A DNA stretch of 64,000 nt from NCBI RefSeq assembly GCF_036365525.1, contig NC_090406.1, forward strand, positions 32,479,520 to 32,543,519, in the 5' to 3' direction. Below are positions 37,124-50,132 of this stretch, one piece after another. Each line of letters begins with the position of its first letter. The stretch's first letter is position 1. This DNA comes from Heterodontus francisci (Eukaryota). The position numbers and the translations under genes are program-made. Below the pieces are notes generated by a model that worked only from the letters and a program-made list of their open reading frames with translations, was not told the DNA's origin and made no database searches.

Positions 37124-38020
37124 TGTTACGACCGCGGTGGGAGCAATGCACTGTTAATTCAGTCCCGTCACTCCACAGGTCGAAGCATATTATTAAGCTT
37201 TCACCAAATCAGGAAAAAAACAGCCAAATTAAACTCACTAATATCCCCAGAATGAAACAGACCAAGCTAGGTATCCTTAGACAACAACAAATGAACTATT
37301 TATTTAAAAAAAAACCTAAATCTTAACTATTAAGATAAACCTATGTTTAATGAGCGTATAACTTCTTAATTTAATTTAACTCCCGCATTCACACACACAC
37401 ATTCAAAAATAACTGGTCTGGTTTTAAAGGTAGAGTTTTTAAAAAATGAGCTGTCTCAAGAATAAAATAAATAAGTACGTTTTTGCATTTTATGTTCCTG
37501 GTGAATGAGGTCTTCTGATGTGAAGATAAGCAAAGTTCGTTCGAAGTCTTCATCCGGATTTGATGAAAATACTCTGTTCTTGATGGGCATTCAAACAGTT
37601 CGTCTGCACTAGCATTAAATGGTTCTTTCAACCATGAGCACAAGAATACAAATAATATGTTGAAAAAGAAAAGCTTTTCTTCCTTACTCAGGGGATTAAC
37701 TTGGCTTGTCGATTTGTAGAATTTTTCTTGAGAGAGAATAAAACAGGTCCTTTCTTCAGATCGCCTCGATGGAAAAGTCTGTCAGGAGAAACTGGTTCAG
37801 ACGGACCCTGCCAGCTCCGCACACAGTCAAATGGACACGTTATACCATGTGACCTCTCTCTGCTGTTGCTCAGGGTGACCAAAAATGCTGCTGTGATACA
37901 CTGTGTCTCCAGATTTCCAGAATCTTCTCTCCCTTAAAGGTGCACTGTTTTTAACAAAGTCTTAAAGGCGCACACACTGTTTTTCATCCGAGGAGAAAAA
38001 ATAATTTCAGGTTCAGGACA
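37124..38020 (-). mobile_element. Solo LTR (897 bp), Gypsy-type
   Basis: TGT...ACA ends, perfect 4-bp TSD CAAC (37120-37123, 38021-38024), AATAAA on the minus strand at ~37300. Confidence 0.8.
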
Positions 38021-39714
38021 CAACCTTCATTCTTTTTGTGCTGGCTGAATTACAATATCTTGATCTCTTCCTTATCCTTTGGGGCTATCAATGCAAATTT
38101 AGATCATTTGTTCCTCAGACCTCAAAGCTGTCTGGCTCCTTACCTCTATTCGCTTTTATCTTCCTCCTACATTCTTTGGGATTTTAAAAGTTAGGCTTGG
38201 CAATAGCCAATTATTGCTTCTTGATTTATCTTTTTTCTTTTCAGCTTTGGTGGTATCCTACACAATAAGTTCTTGGTTGTCTTATTTTTGAATGAAAGAA
38301 AGTTATTCCTTTTTGAGGTGATGGCTATCTGGGTTGCTGGCAAGCTTCTGGCATCTCATCCAAGTGGTCATTCCTTGTGTGTGAACCGGATAATGAGTAT
38401 AAGCAAGCTGTTTGATCATGGAAGGCATTGCAACTGAGCTTGAACCTGCCCTCACTCAACCGCCTACACAAACACACTTTCCAGGAGGGTTCATTGAATT
38501 GTGATTGGCAGTTGGGAGCACTTGTTCTTTCTTGTCCTCCTTGGTCTAGGGGCATTGAGACTAATTGTAGAGTCCATAAAGCTATCCCTCTTAAGAGTAG
38601 CTGATTCAGCACTGACAGAACATTAGATGTGAAACCTTCCTGATCTATATGTTCAGTTTCTCAGTGGGTGATGTAATTGCCAACTAAGCCATCAGCTTGC
38701 TGGTAAGTGCTGTAATTAAATTGGTAACAACAGACAGAAATATTCATTTAAATTTAAGGATTTTCTTGTTGCCTGAGACCATATATGTATTCCAGCCATG
38801 AGTCTTAAACTGGTTATGTATCAGTGGATCTGTGAGCGTTACAGTTTCCAGCATTAGTCATGTCCTGGTGCCTAAGTCAAGCGTTACTTCACACCCTGCA
38901 GTTAAACTGTCAGGAGCCAGCTTTCAAAGTTTTGGTTCCTGGGATTTTTTTTCTTCTTTTATATTTTGCCTCATTATCTAGGTTGATATGTTCTGTTTCT
39001 CATAGAATAATTTAATAGAAAAATTAATTCACGCCAGAAGTTATCTTCAGTTCACCCTGATATGACAGATGGAGTAAGCTTTGAACTATAGGATAAGCTG
39101 GTGGCACACATTGTGCCTTTCACCTGCATCACTTTTTCTGTGGGGTGATATTTTAGTGTACTCTACATTTTATGTTGTGATAAATGATTTATGATGTCCT
39201 TGTGCTAGTGTACATTAGTCTGTCCCCTGTGGCATTGAAGATAGGAAGTCAAGACCAAGAGTCATCTTCACATAAAGTGGGGTTAGAAGGCAGGGGATAA
39301 TTGGACCAGAGTGTGTAGATGGACTTCAGTTCCATTTAAAAGTAGTGAAATTGTGTTTTTTTAATTTCTGTAATATGCTATTATACCCATATTTACTGCT
39401 TATGTAAGCTTGTCATGCCCTTCTTCCAGAAACAGAGACTTTCCAGGAACCTAATACTTTAGCTAGAATGTCTGCAGCCTCTTAATTGACCTTGGTGTGA
39501 ACTTAACTGAGGTTTATGGAACAACAGTTAATTTGTAATTTTAAAGAGCAATACTACCATCATTATACATTGTTACTCAGTACATAGCTTATTGTGAAGA
39601 ATGTGGTGGAAGATTTGTCAGTCTGTTGAAAAGCGTGAGGGATCACCGAGTAGCATGTGGCTGCAAGTGGTATTTCAAGACTGGCATCCAGCCGATAATC
39701 CAATGGAGAGGAAG

Positions 39715-39975
39715 TCACTTCAGGGACTTAAGCACATAGTCCAATCTGACACTCCAGTGCAGCACCGTGTGTGTTGCATTGCTGAAGGTGCTATTTTTCA
39801 GATGACACATTAAACCAGAGCCCTTTCTTCCTTCAGGGGTGGACATATAAGATCCCATGGCACTATTTTGAAGAAGAGCATGGAAGTTCTCCCTGGTGTC
39901 CTGGCCAATATTTATACTTCAACCAAAATTACTAAAACAGATTATCCAGTCATTATTTCATTGCTTTGTGGGATC
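39715..39975 (+). mobile_element. Deu-domain SINE (SacSINE1-like)
   Basis: GGTGGACATATAAGATCCCATGGCACTATTTTGAAGAAGAGCATGGAAGTTCTCCCTGGTGTCCTGGCCAATATTTAT matches the Deu domain. Confidence 0.85.
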
Positions 39976-41597
39976 TGATTTGACATTTGTGTTGGTTGAT
40001 GATTCAATTCAGATTTCTATTTTCAACATCAACTTCCGTCTTTAATGAAAATATTCCAAAGTGTTTTAAAGAGGGTAGAAAAAGATAGCTAAAAGGAATA
40101 TTTTGGTGTCTCTTGCTTACCTTTTTTATGCATGCTCCTGTATTCATCCCAGTGAATCCCTTTTCCTTTCTCCCTGTGGGATCTGTGTTGGTCGCTTTTA
40201 ATTTGTTAATCTATTTAAGGTTGCAGTTTAATACTGAATTAGTACTGAAGGAATAAACTGGTCACAAGCTATAGTCGGCGGCCTTCCCAGCAGATGTGGT
40301 ATGTGGCCCAGAGAGACTGCAAAATAGAAGAAAAGTTTATAAAAACTGATCTCCCGTGCTTTTGCATATGGGTAGTCTGGGGATTGGAGCGTGATTGTGA
40401 TCTTTAGGTGATTACCTGGTCTACCCGTTTAAAACTAATGCTCGGGCTTTCTACAGGAAATGATCTAAATAGACTGTTATGGGGTGGATGAGAGGCTAAT
40501 TACTGTGGCTATTTCCAATTGCTGGAACTTGCTTATGGTATGGACAAGTTTTTCTTACATTCAGGAAAAGGCACAATTTTAAAGAATGGTGAATTGTGAT
40601 CTATTGTGCATTCATCACACTGTGGATGAAATCTCTGAGATATTATGGATAATAGACAGATTTAAAATAAATCCATGACATGCCATTGGTAGGATAGGTG
40701 TTCCTAATGTGCAAATTCACAGGAGATGCTATTTAAGAACATGTGGTACCATATAGTTTATGGCCCATTTGTCAGGTTTTTTTCCCCTTCTGCATCATGA
40801 TGTTCCCAGAAGGAAGTACATTTCATCTTGGATATTGCTCAGTTTGATGCAGAGCTGCGAGTTTAGATCAGTAGTACTGAAACATATATCAGTTTGAATT
40901 TGATATTTTGTTGTAAAAATGTACATTTCACGCAGATCCTGGCTCCAAATGTAATTTACTGCAGAATGGCCCGTTCTCTAACTGAGCTGTCTTGTGCCAC
41001 TTTGTGGATCATGGCCTTGCTTTGCCTGCATGTTTTTGTCAAAAGACTCCATAAGAAACCCAAACAAAACAACAGCAAATATTCTTTTTGATATTGCTGA
41101 GCTACTCCCATTGGTGCCGAATTGCCCCATTTGTGTTTTGGAATGGATCCAAGAATGCAATGGATTGCAACAGATTTACATAAGTGTAGGTGCTCCAAAG
41201 TCGTAGTTGTAAATTTAATGTAACCGCACTTGGTCAAAGCACATTGCTGGCTGTGCAGGGAAGCTGAGAGGTCAACCTGCCCATGTCCACATGCAGACCT
41301 GATGCTGTAGGATTGCACTGTTTAACTTTGCTGCTAGTGACATTTAGTTGGAGGCAAGGAGCAAATTAAGAATTTCACCATTCTAGCTTTGGACTGTTAA
41401 ATGTCTATCAGTTTAATTATATGCAGGTGGAGGGTGTTAATTGAGCACTTATAAAGGAGACACTTACTGAGACTGGTGGAGGTTTTTGAGTGAAGAGCTA
41501 CATGTTTGTAATCCTTTTTACTTTGTACAATAAATGTAACAGAGTAAAGATTGGCTCCAGCATCATCCTTCAACAATAAGCTTTCTGGAATCTAATG

Positions 41598-41615
41598 TGG
41601 TGGCAGAGGATGGTT
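41598..41615 (+). promoter_or_regulatory. Primer-binding site complementary to initiator tRNA-Met
   Basis: TGGTGGCAGAGGATGGTT versus expected TGGTAGCAGAGGATGGTT (1 mismatch), directly after the 5' LTR. Confidence 0.85.
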
Positions 41616-42309
41616 GCCTAAAGGTGAAGGTTGGAAGCAAAAATTTTATTTTAAACATAGAAAACAAATCTCACTAGTTATTGTGGAAAAAATTGCAGAA
41701 AGCAAGTGTAAACTGTCAAGAGTATGATTATCCTCCGACGTTCTGAGTTTGAACCATACCAGTGGAAGAATGAAGTGGATATGTGGACACTGGTTGCGTC
41801 CTTATCAAAGAGGAAACAAGATATGGCCTTGGTGTTGTCACTGTCTACCAAAAATAAAATCAGAAGTGAAGCATTTTGTGAGATGGATGCTCATCAGTTG
41901 GATACTGATGAAGGTTTGGATTTTCTGTTAGAATTCTTGGATGAAATTTACAAGAAAGATGACCTATTGAATGCCTATGAGGCATGGTCAGACTTTGATA
42001 GATTTAGGAAAACGGATGGTTATTCAATGGAGGAATATATAATGGACTTGAACAAACTGTATAGAAGATTGAGGAAATTGAATTTGGAGAACCCTGGTCC
42101 AGATGTAGCATTTAAATTGCTAGATTGTGCTAGGGTGTCGCATATGGACAGGTTCCTGGTTCTAACTGGAGTTTGGTTCTCAAAACTACTCCCTGTTGGA
42201 TCAGATGTCTGCTGCCTTAAAGAAATTCCTGGGGAAACAGTCATTTCCTGCAGCCCTGGTAGAACAAACAGGGCATTCTGCAGTGACAAAGAATGGAGGA
42301 CTTGATGTT

Positions 42310-42915
42310 AGAGTGAGTGAGGGGAGCAGAGAAATGTGGAACTGAAGGAAATGTGGCTGTGAAAACAAGTTTTAGCAGAAACCTTATCGAACACCAGGAG
42401 GGAAATGGAAAGCAATGAAGGTGAGCAAGGTAGAGAAGAGCAGAACTTCAAGGTAAGCATTCCTGGAAGAAAAGTGGCAGTGAATTAAGCATTAAAATAA
42501 GACCAAAATACTGCGGATGCTGGAGCTTTGAAATGAGAACAGAAAGTGCCGGAAGTACTCAGCAGGTCTCTCAGTACTCTCCTTCCTACTGGACCCCTCC
42601 CTCTGACCTCTTACCTGCTCTTGTTATTTTCATTGAGAACTGTTGGCGTGACATCGGCTGTCTTAATTTCTCTGCACCCAACACCCCCCCCACTCACTGT
42701 AACCTGTCTCCCTCTGAACTTGTTGCACTCCGTTTTCTCTGGTCTAACCCTGACATTGTGATCAAACCCGCTGACAAGGGTGTTGCTATTGTTGTCTGGC
42801 ATACCGACCTCTAACTCTGTTTCTCTCTGCACAAATGCTGCCAGACCTGCTGAGTATTTCCGGCACTTTCTGTTCTCATTTCAGAATTCCAGCATCCGCA
42901 ATATCTTGCCCCTAG
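42310..42915. mobile_element. Rearranged Penelope-like fragment with inverted PLTRs, nested in the Copia element
   Basis: RT-proximal motif NLSPSELVALRFLWSNPDIVIKPADKGVAIVVW. ~42505-42570 is the reverse complement of ~42843-42908. Confidence 0.8.
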
Positions 42916-44154
42916 GGAAAAAAGCAAATTGTATTAACGTTACGCAGACAGTTTGCTCAGCTTTCTTGGCAAAGATTTTAAAACCCTGCCAAAGGATGCA
43001 GGTGTGATTGATGAAGAGTGTACGAGGATAATAGAACAGATTAGTGAAAAGTGTGAAATCTGTAAAAAGGTAACTGAGGAAGCCACAACGTACCATTGTG
43101 AACCTTTCATTGGGATGTGACCTGTAACAAGGTAGTTGTCATAGATTTAAAGATATGAAACAAAGGCAAATATTTTTATTCTACATTTTATAGATCTGCC
43201 AACCTGATTTAGTCTTTAATACATAGTAAGGTTATAGATAAAGTCAAGAAGAAATGAATAGGGACTAGACTTGGGGCACTAGCAATGTTTCTGACTGATA
43301 ATGGAGGACAATTTGCCAATGAGACATTCAGAGGCATGTGGGAAAACATGAACATTATGGTCATGAATACTGCAGCTGAAAGTCCTTTCAGCAGTGGGCT
43401 CTGTGAATCATGCGATGAGTGATGAAATGCTGCATAAAATCTTAGCTGACCAACCAAACTGCAAGTTAGGTTCATGCAGAGAATTCACTTCAGATGGTTG
43501 GAGGGTCCCTATCAATTGGTCTATGGGCAGAATTCCAAATTGCCTTCTGTGCTGTGCGACAGTCCTCCTGCTCTAGAAGGTACTACAGTTCCATTTTTTT
43601 CAGCACATTTAAATGCTTTATATGCAGGGAGACAGGCTTTCATCAAGGCTGAGGTTTCAGACAAAATTCGGAGAGCTCGGAGGCATTATATCAGGCCATC
43701 TGAGACGCAATTTAATTGAGGAGATTTGGAATTTAATAAGAGGGTCATAGGGAATGGAAGGGCCCTGGTAAGGGAACAGGTCATGTTGGTAAGACAGTAG
43801 TTATCAAACATGGAAATTAAACTGTTCAGGTTCATTCCTCACGATTCATCAGGTTTGATTACAAAATCTCAGAATCTGAGCAGCTGATAGAGGGAAGCGA
43901 GGCACCTTGTACCTTAAATGCTCATGTGTTTTGTGATGAATGTCCTGAGGAACAGAATACAGTGGATCAAGTGTTTGATAGTAATGTGAGTGATCATGAC
44001 ATGCACGAAAGAGCTATCACATCCAAAGGCCGATTGCCCCAAGCAAGTACTCGGGTGACATATATTTCAGAGGGGTCTAATGAATGGAGGGGTGCAACAA
44101 TTGTATGACATGCAGGAAAATCTGCTGGCAAGTTAACATATTGGTTGAATGTTC

Positions 44155-44352
44155 AACATCCTGACTTGAAACTATATCGCTGTTCCTTCACTATCACTGG
44201 GATCCTGGAACTCCCATCCTAACAACATTGTGGGTGTACCCACCTCACATGGACTGCAGCGGTTCAAGACACCTTCTCAAGGACAATTGGGGATGGGCAA
44301 TAAATGCTGGCCTAGCCAGCGATGCCCATGATCCATAAATGAATTATAAAAA
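44155..44352 (+). mobile_element. LINE 3' UTR fragment nested in the Copia element
   Basis: Same tail as 9030-9240 and 33350-33550. Confidence 0.8.
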
Positions 44353-47300
44353 AATGATAGCCAAAATATGAGGTCCATGCCTTGGGAGAATGGGGTGATC
44401 GAGTGGAGAGTAAGAAAGCACAGTGCAAGTTCTGTTAGTGGGTCTGGAAGTCATTCCTGCATCAGGAAACGATCATGTACTGGAGAAAGAGCCTCCGATA
44501 GTGCAGGAGGAAGATCTTACAGTAGTAGTCTCGAAAGAGATTAAGTGCTTGTAGAGGCCGTAGTTTGAAAAGATTACCCAATGAAATGAAGGCTAAAGAA
44601 TAGTTTTGCAATAGAATTAGAAGCCGATGTCCTCATGACCATGAAGTTTTAGTAGTTGCCAATAAACTTGAGGATACACTAATAAGAGAGGCAAAACAAA
44701 AGGAATTGGAGAGTTGAAAAAAGTTTGTTGTTTATTCTGAGGTACCAGATAGGGGACAGCCAGCCTTGACACGTAGGTGGATTTGTACTGAAAAAGTCCT
44801 TCCAGATGGGACTTGCGAGGCTCGTTGCGAGAAGTTTTGAAGAGCGCCTGGGTGATACTGATGTTAGAGAGGACTCTTCCACAGCTGGAAAAATAATCTT
44901 AAAAATCCTTTCAGCTCTTTTGGCCACATATTCACAGGAGTATAGATCCATGGATATAAAAGTCGCATTTCTTCAGGGTGATACTTTTCAGAGAGAAGTG
45001 TTGCTGAAACCACCTAAAGAGGCAGCAGATGCAGAAGGAAGACTACGGAAGCTAAACAAATGCGTCTGTGTCCTCATTGATGCTTCTAGGGTGTGGTATT
45101 TCTCGGTGAGATCTGTTTTGCTGAAAATTGATTGTGTTCAACTAAAAGCAAATCCTGCAACGTTTTATTAGTATCATAAAGGGAAACTTTCAGGCATCTT
45201 CATGATGCAATTTGATGATTTCCTATGTGGTAGTACTGCAGAATTTAAGATTGGGACTCAGGCTTTTGGAGTTTTTGCTTAATATCTAAACTAGTGTATT
45301 TAGAGTAAATCTGGAATAACTTTAAATCAATAGTCTTACTTCGAGAGTGTTCCTCCCATCCTGGTTAAACATACTAGATCATCACAGAAAGATGATATAT
45401 CTAGAGAAGAGACAGAGCAGTTGCAAAGCTTGATTGGTCAATTAAACTGGTTGTGCAGTCAGACTTGACCTGATGCTGATTTTGATGTGCTGGAGTTAAG
45501 TACTACGATGAAACACCTGAAGTGAGAATGTTTTAAGGGCAAATGAAACATTGGAAAAATTATATCTGGAGAAATATGTATTTAAGTTCCCATCCTTAGG
45601 TGACCCAAAGAATATGAAGCTATTCATTTTTAGTGATGCTTCACATGCTAATCTTCTTGATGGGTATTCGAGTGCAGTAGGTTTCATTATATTTCTGATG
45701 GGTGAAGATAGGACATGTCCTTTTAGATTGGGAAGATAAAATAAAAAAGGTTGTTAAAAGTACTTGAGTTGCAGAAACACTGGGACTTGTGGAGACGGTG
45801 GATATGGGGTTCTATTTGTCAAATATTTTAGGTGAGATTGTGTACAAAGGGCATACTGAAGATAGGATACCCATTGAACATATGTAGATAATTGTTCTTT
45901 GTGGGATAATGTACACTCCACAAAAAGTGTGAGTGAGAAGAGACGACAATTGACCTTGCTGGACTGAAACAAATATTGGAGAGCAAGGAAATCACCGAGC
46001 TTGATTGAGTAGATGCAAGTCATCAGCTATCTGATTGTGTTTGTTTTTCAAAAAGAAACACAAAGAAACTGTTAGGGGTCCTGGAGGATGGGTGTCTCAC
46101 AATGTAATACTTTGTATCTAATATGGAACTTATTTTGATTTATTTTGAAATGCTCTTTGAGCATGTATCTAAGTTTTATTTTAGGAAAAGGAAGGGAATC
46201 TGTTAATTGTGTATCAGTTGTTCAATTATATACAAGTGGAGGGTGTTCATTGGGGTCTTCCTTGAGCATTTATAAGGAGACTTGCTGAGACCGGTGGAGG
46301 TTTGGAGTAAGGAGCTACATGTTTGTAATTCCTTTTACTCTGTATAATAAAGGTAACACTGAATAAAGATTGGTTCCGGCATTATCCTTCAACAACAAAC
46401 TTTCTGGAATTTAACATGGACCATCGTATTATTGTCTCTTGTGTTTTTGCCAATAGCAAGAAACCCTGTAATTAAAAAGAATACAAGATACTAGATTGAG
46501 GCTGCTGGCTTTCTGGGAGAGGGGGCATGTTCAAATCCTGCCACTGACAGGTGATTTAGTGACATAGCTCTCGGAGTCGGACTGAGGCAGAACTTTCCAG
46601 ATCTTGGAAGCGGCCACTGTATTTCTTAGAATATAAAAGCATTTTGGGAAAGCTTTTATTTTGTCGCTAGAAGTTGCTATTAATTGAGTCCGTCCCACGC
46701 ACTTGAGAGCTTAGACACTGGCCATATTCTGTCAATCACCAAATGAACATTTTACTTCAACAGGTATCTATCAAAAAGTTACGGAAATTGGCATTCCCAA
46801 TATAAACTGGGACCTATAGTGACAGTATATAATAATTGTTGTACTTTTTCATTACTGTATTACCAGGACTGAAATGCTAAATTAGATAAGTGAAGGATAC
46901 AATTATTTGTGAGAAAATTATTTTCATTGCTAAAGGATTCCAGGTGAAAGCAATAAAAGGGAAAGTCAATACCAGTGTAGAATTTTATCTCATAGGAGGA
47001 GGCATTCAGACCACCGTGCCTGATCCACTTAGTCTCACTCTTCTGATATCCTTTTTAAGTTATTTCAAATGTTTTGTCCATTTCCCTCTTTAAAAACTAC
47101 TAGTTAGTCTCCTGTGTCATTGTATAATGGCAAAGCCATGTGCAGTATTCAGATCGAGTAGGGTTAGAGGGTAGGAATAACTGGGTAAAGGTAGAAAGAG
47201 GGAATGATGGGAAGGAAAAGAAGGGTGGGGAAGGAGAATTGAGGGGGAGGATCAGGAGGGAGGTGGAGAAGGGGAATGAGAGGTGAACAAGGAGAGTAAA

Positions 47301-47489
47301 GGTAGACAGGGTAAGGAGAGGGGTTTGAGGATGGAAGAAATGAACCAGAAAACTACAGACCTGTCCGATTAAAATCAGTTTGGGGAAGTTACTGGTATCA
47401 TCAAGGAAAGAGTGGCTGAGCACTTGGACGTATAAGAGCTGATCAAAGAGAATCAACATGGTTTGGGAGGTAGGGATAAAGGAAATATA

Positions 47490-48462
47490 CTTTTGTTTGT
47501 CATATATATTAATGACTTGGATGTGAATGTAAGGGGCATGATTAGTAAGTTTGCAGATGACACCAAAATTGGTGGTATAGTGGACAGTGAAGAAGGTTGT
47601 CTAAGGTTACAACAGGATATAGATCAACTGGGAAAGTGGGCAAGGGATTGGCAAATGGAATTTAATGCAGACTAGTGTGAAGTGATGCATTTTGGGAAGT
47701 TAAAACCGGGCAGGACATATACAGTGAATGGCAGGGCCCTGGGGAGTGTTGTTGAGCAGCGAGACCTTGGGGTGCAAGTATATAGTTCCCTGAAAGTGGC
47801 AACGCAAGTAGACAGGGTGGTGAAGAAGGCGTATAGCATGCTTGCCTTCATCGGCCGAGGCATTGAGTACAAGAGTTGGGATGTCATGTTACAGTTGTAC
47901 ATGACGTTGGTTAGGCCGCATTTGGAGTACTGTGTGCAGTTCTGGTCGCCGCACGACAGGAAAGATGTGATTAAGCTAGAGAGGGTGCAGAAAAGATTCA
48001 CAAGGATGTTGCCTGGTTTGGAGGGCTTGAGTTATAAAGAGAGATTGGATAGGCTGGGTCTGTTTTCCCTGGAGCGAAGGAGGCTAAGAGGGGACACGAT
48101 AGAGGTATATAAAATTGAGAGGCATAGATAGGGTAGATAGCCAGAGTCTGTTTCCCATGGTAGGGGTGACTAAAACTAGAAGGCGTAGATTTAAGGTGAG
48201 AGGGAGGAGGTTTAAAGGGGATCAAAGGGGTAAATTTTTCACACAAAGAATAGTGGATATGTGGAATGAGCTGCCTGAAGAGGTGGTGGAGGCAGGAACA
48301 GTAGCAACATTTAAGAGGCATCTGGACAGGTACTTGAATGAGAAAGGCATAGAGGGATGTGGAACTAATGCAGGCAGATGGGATTAGTATAGATGGGCAT
48401 TATGGTCAGCATGGACGCGGTGGGCCGAAGGGCCTGTTTCTATGCTGTACGACTCTATGACT
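47490..48462 (+). mobile_element. CR1 (HER1-like) RT/3' fragment
   Basis: LFVIYINDLD...SKFADDTKIGG...RPHLEYCVQFW. Tail GGGCCGAAGGGCCTGTTTC...GACTCTATGACT. Confidence 0.95.
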
Positions 48463-48464
48463 TT

Positions 48465-49312
48465 CAATAGCGCAAATGGCTCGTGCTGTTCCCTGTGGAT
48501 CTGTACTGGGGCCTCAACTTTTCACCATATATATCAATGATTTGGATGAAGTAATAGGAGAGTTGTATATCCACGTTTACAGGTGACACTAGTTAGCACA
48601 ATAAGCTGTGTAGATGGGAGCAGGAAGTTGCGAAGAGACGTAGACAGATTGAGTGAGCAAAACTGTGGCAGATGAAGCTCAGTGTGGGGAAGTGTGAAGA
48701 TATTCACTTTGGATCCAAGAATGACAAATCAGAATATATTCTATGTGATGAAAGGCTAGGAATGGTAGAGGAGCACAGAGATTTAGGTGTAAATATACAG
48801 AAAGTACTAAAAATTGCATAATCGGCTTTCATAAAGAGGAAGAAGCGATGCTTCAGTTGCACAGAGCCTTGGTCAGTCCCCATCTGGAGTACCCAATTCA
48901 ATTTTTGGCACCACAATGCAGAAAGAATATATTGGGCATGGAAGGTATTCACATTCAACAAAATTGGCTTCAAGGATTAAATTATGAGGACAGTTTGCAT
49001 GTACTTGGCTTGTATTCCCTTATGTTTAGTAGGCTGATCTAATCTAGGGATGCCATTTAAGAGTGAAATTGTGAAGCACTTTTTCACACACAGGGTAATG
49101 AAACTGTGAAACACTTTTTTTCTCCCCAAAGTCTGTGGGTGTTGGGTTAATTCAAGTTTTCAAGACTACTATAGATAGCCTTACCTAACAAAAATCTATC
49201 AAGTGAAATAGAGCAAAGGCGGGTATATACAATTGAAGTGTAGCCCAACCATGGTTTGATTGAATGGTGGAACAGGCTGGCGGGGCTAAATGGCCTTTTC
49301 ATTTTCTTATGA
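48465..49312 (+). mobile_element. Older decayed CR1
   Basis: VP.GSVLGPQLF.IYINDL and PHLEYPIQFLAP remnants, CR1 tail at ~49250-49310. Confidence 0.75.
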
Positions 49313-49988
49313 ATGTAGCATTCCCTGCTGATATTCTAGGCAAGATAGCAAAAGCAGGGCATGTAGCGATGTCGTTTTTACTAAAAATGCACTTCCATTA
49401 GCAGCCATGCAGCAAAGTAAATGAGTTGGCACTTGCCTCCAGAGGGCCCGAGACCCATCAGAAGGAGTGGTATTACCAGGTACCTTGAGGTACCATTGCT
49501 GTTGGAGGCAGTTGCATTTTCTATCTTCTGCTTCTGGCAGCTGGTTCCACCTATACAGGCCAACAAAGCAATTATGTGTTCACCGGTCTGCATGAAATAT
49601 CCCAACCATTGGAGAAAACAATCACAACATGAGTTTGCATGCATATGCTGCTGTTGAATTTGCTGCATAATATAAACACAGCCAGATCCTGAGGTAATGC
49701 TGCAGAACCAATTCTTCAGACTGTTCCAGAATGTGAATGCAGCATAACCCTTCGGCTTTGATTGTTTTAACATACTCTAGCTCATTTCCAACTGTTTGTT
49801 GTAACAATCTAGTTGTCTACTCCTTTGGTTGAGGACTAAATCCTCCCCATCCTTTCCCCTGCTTCCCTCCCCTCCCCATCCATTCTCCCTCCTTTCCTCT
49901 CAGAACATTAGAACATTTCTGATGCTAAATTATTCCATTATTAATGTTTTTCTTTCTCTTCCCCTTCTCCCCCCCCCCCCCCCCAAAG

Positions 49989-50132
49989 CTTTGGGAACTA
50001 TCCTGCGGGGAACTCCTGATGTCTGTGCTGTTTGACGTTGGAATCATGTCTGTGACCCTCGATCCTTGTGAATATTACCTGTTCTGTGGAGGAAATGATG
50101 GATCCGTATATCAGGTCAATCTGTTCACTGGG
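49989..50132 (+). CDS. WDR18: Internal coding exon of WD repeat-containing protein 18 (equivalent to human exon 5), phase 0-0
   Basis: Polypyrimidine tract + AAG acceptor ending 49988, GTGAGT donor at 50133. 144 nt encode [48 protein letters not shown], closely matching the human WDR18 segment as I recall it ([48 protein letters not shown]). Confidence 0.93.

Larger units (their letters stand above)
41395..46416 (+). mobile_element. Ty1/Copia LTR retrotransposon, GalEa-like, decayed full provirus
   Basis: LTRs 41395-41597 and 46201-46416, TSD TGGAC on both sides, PBS 41598-41615, PPT AGGAAAAGGAAGGGAA before the 3' LTR. Domain order gag, integrase (FLTDNGGQFANE, TAAESPFS), RT (LARLVARSFEE, MDIKVAFLQG), RNase H (FIFSDASHANL). 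Confidence 0.92.

Noticed and set aside
47160-47345. Purine-rich tract as a functional triplex/G4 element
   Set aside because: Generic low-complexity DNA with nothing specific supporting function.
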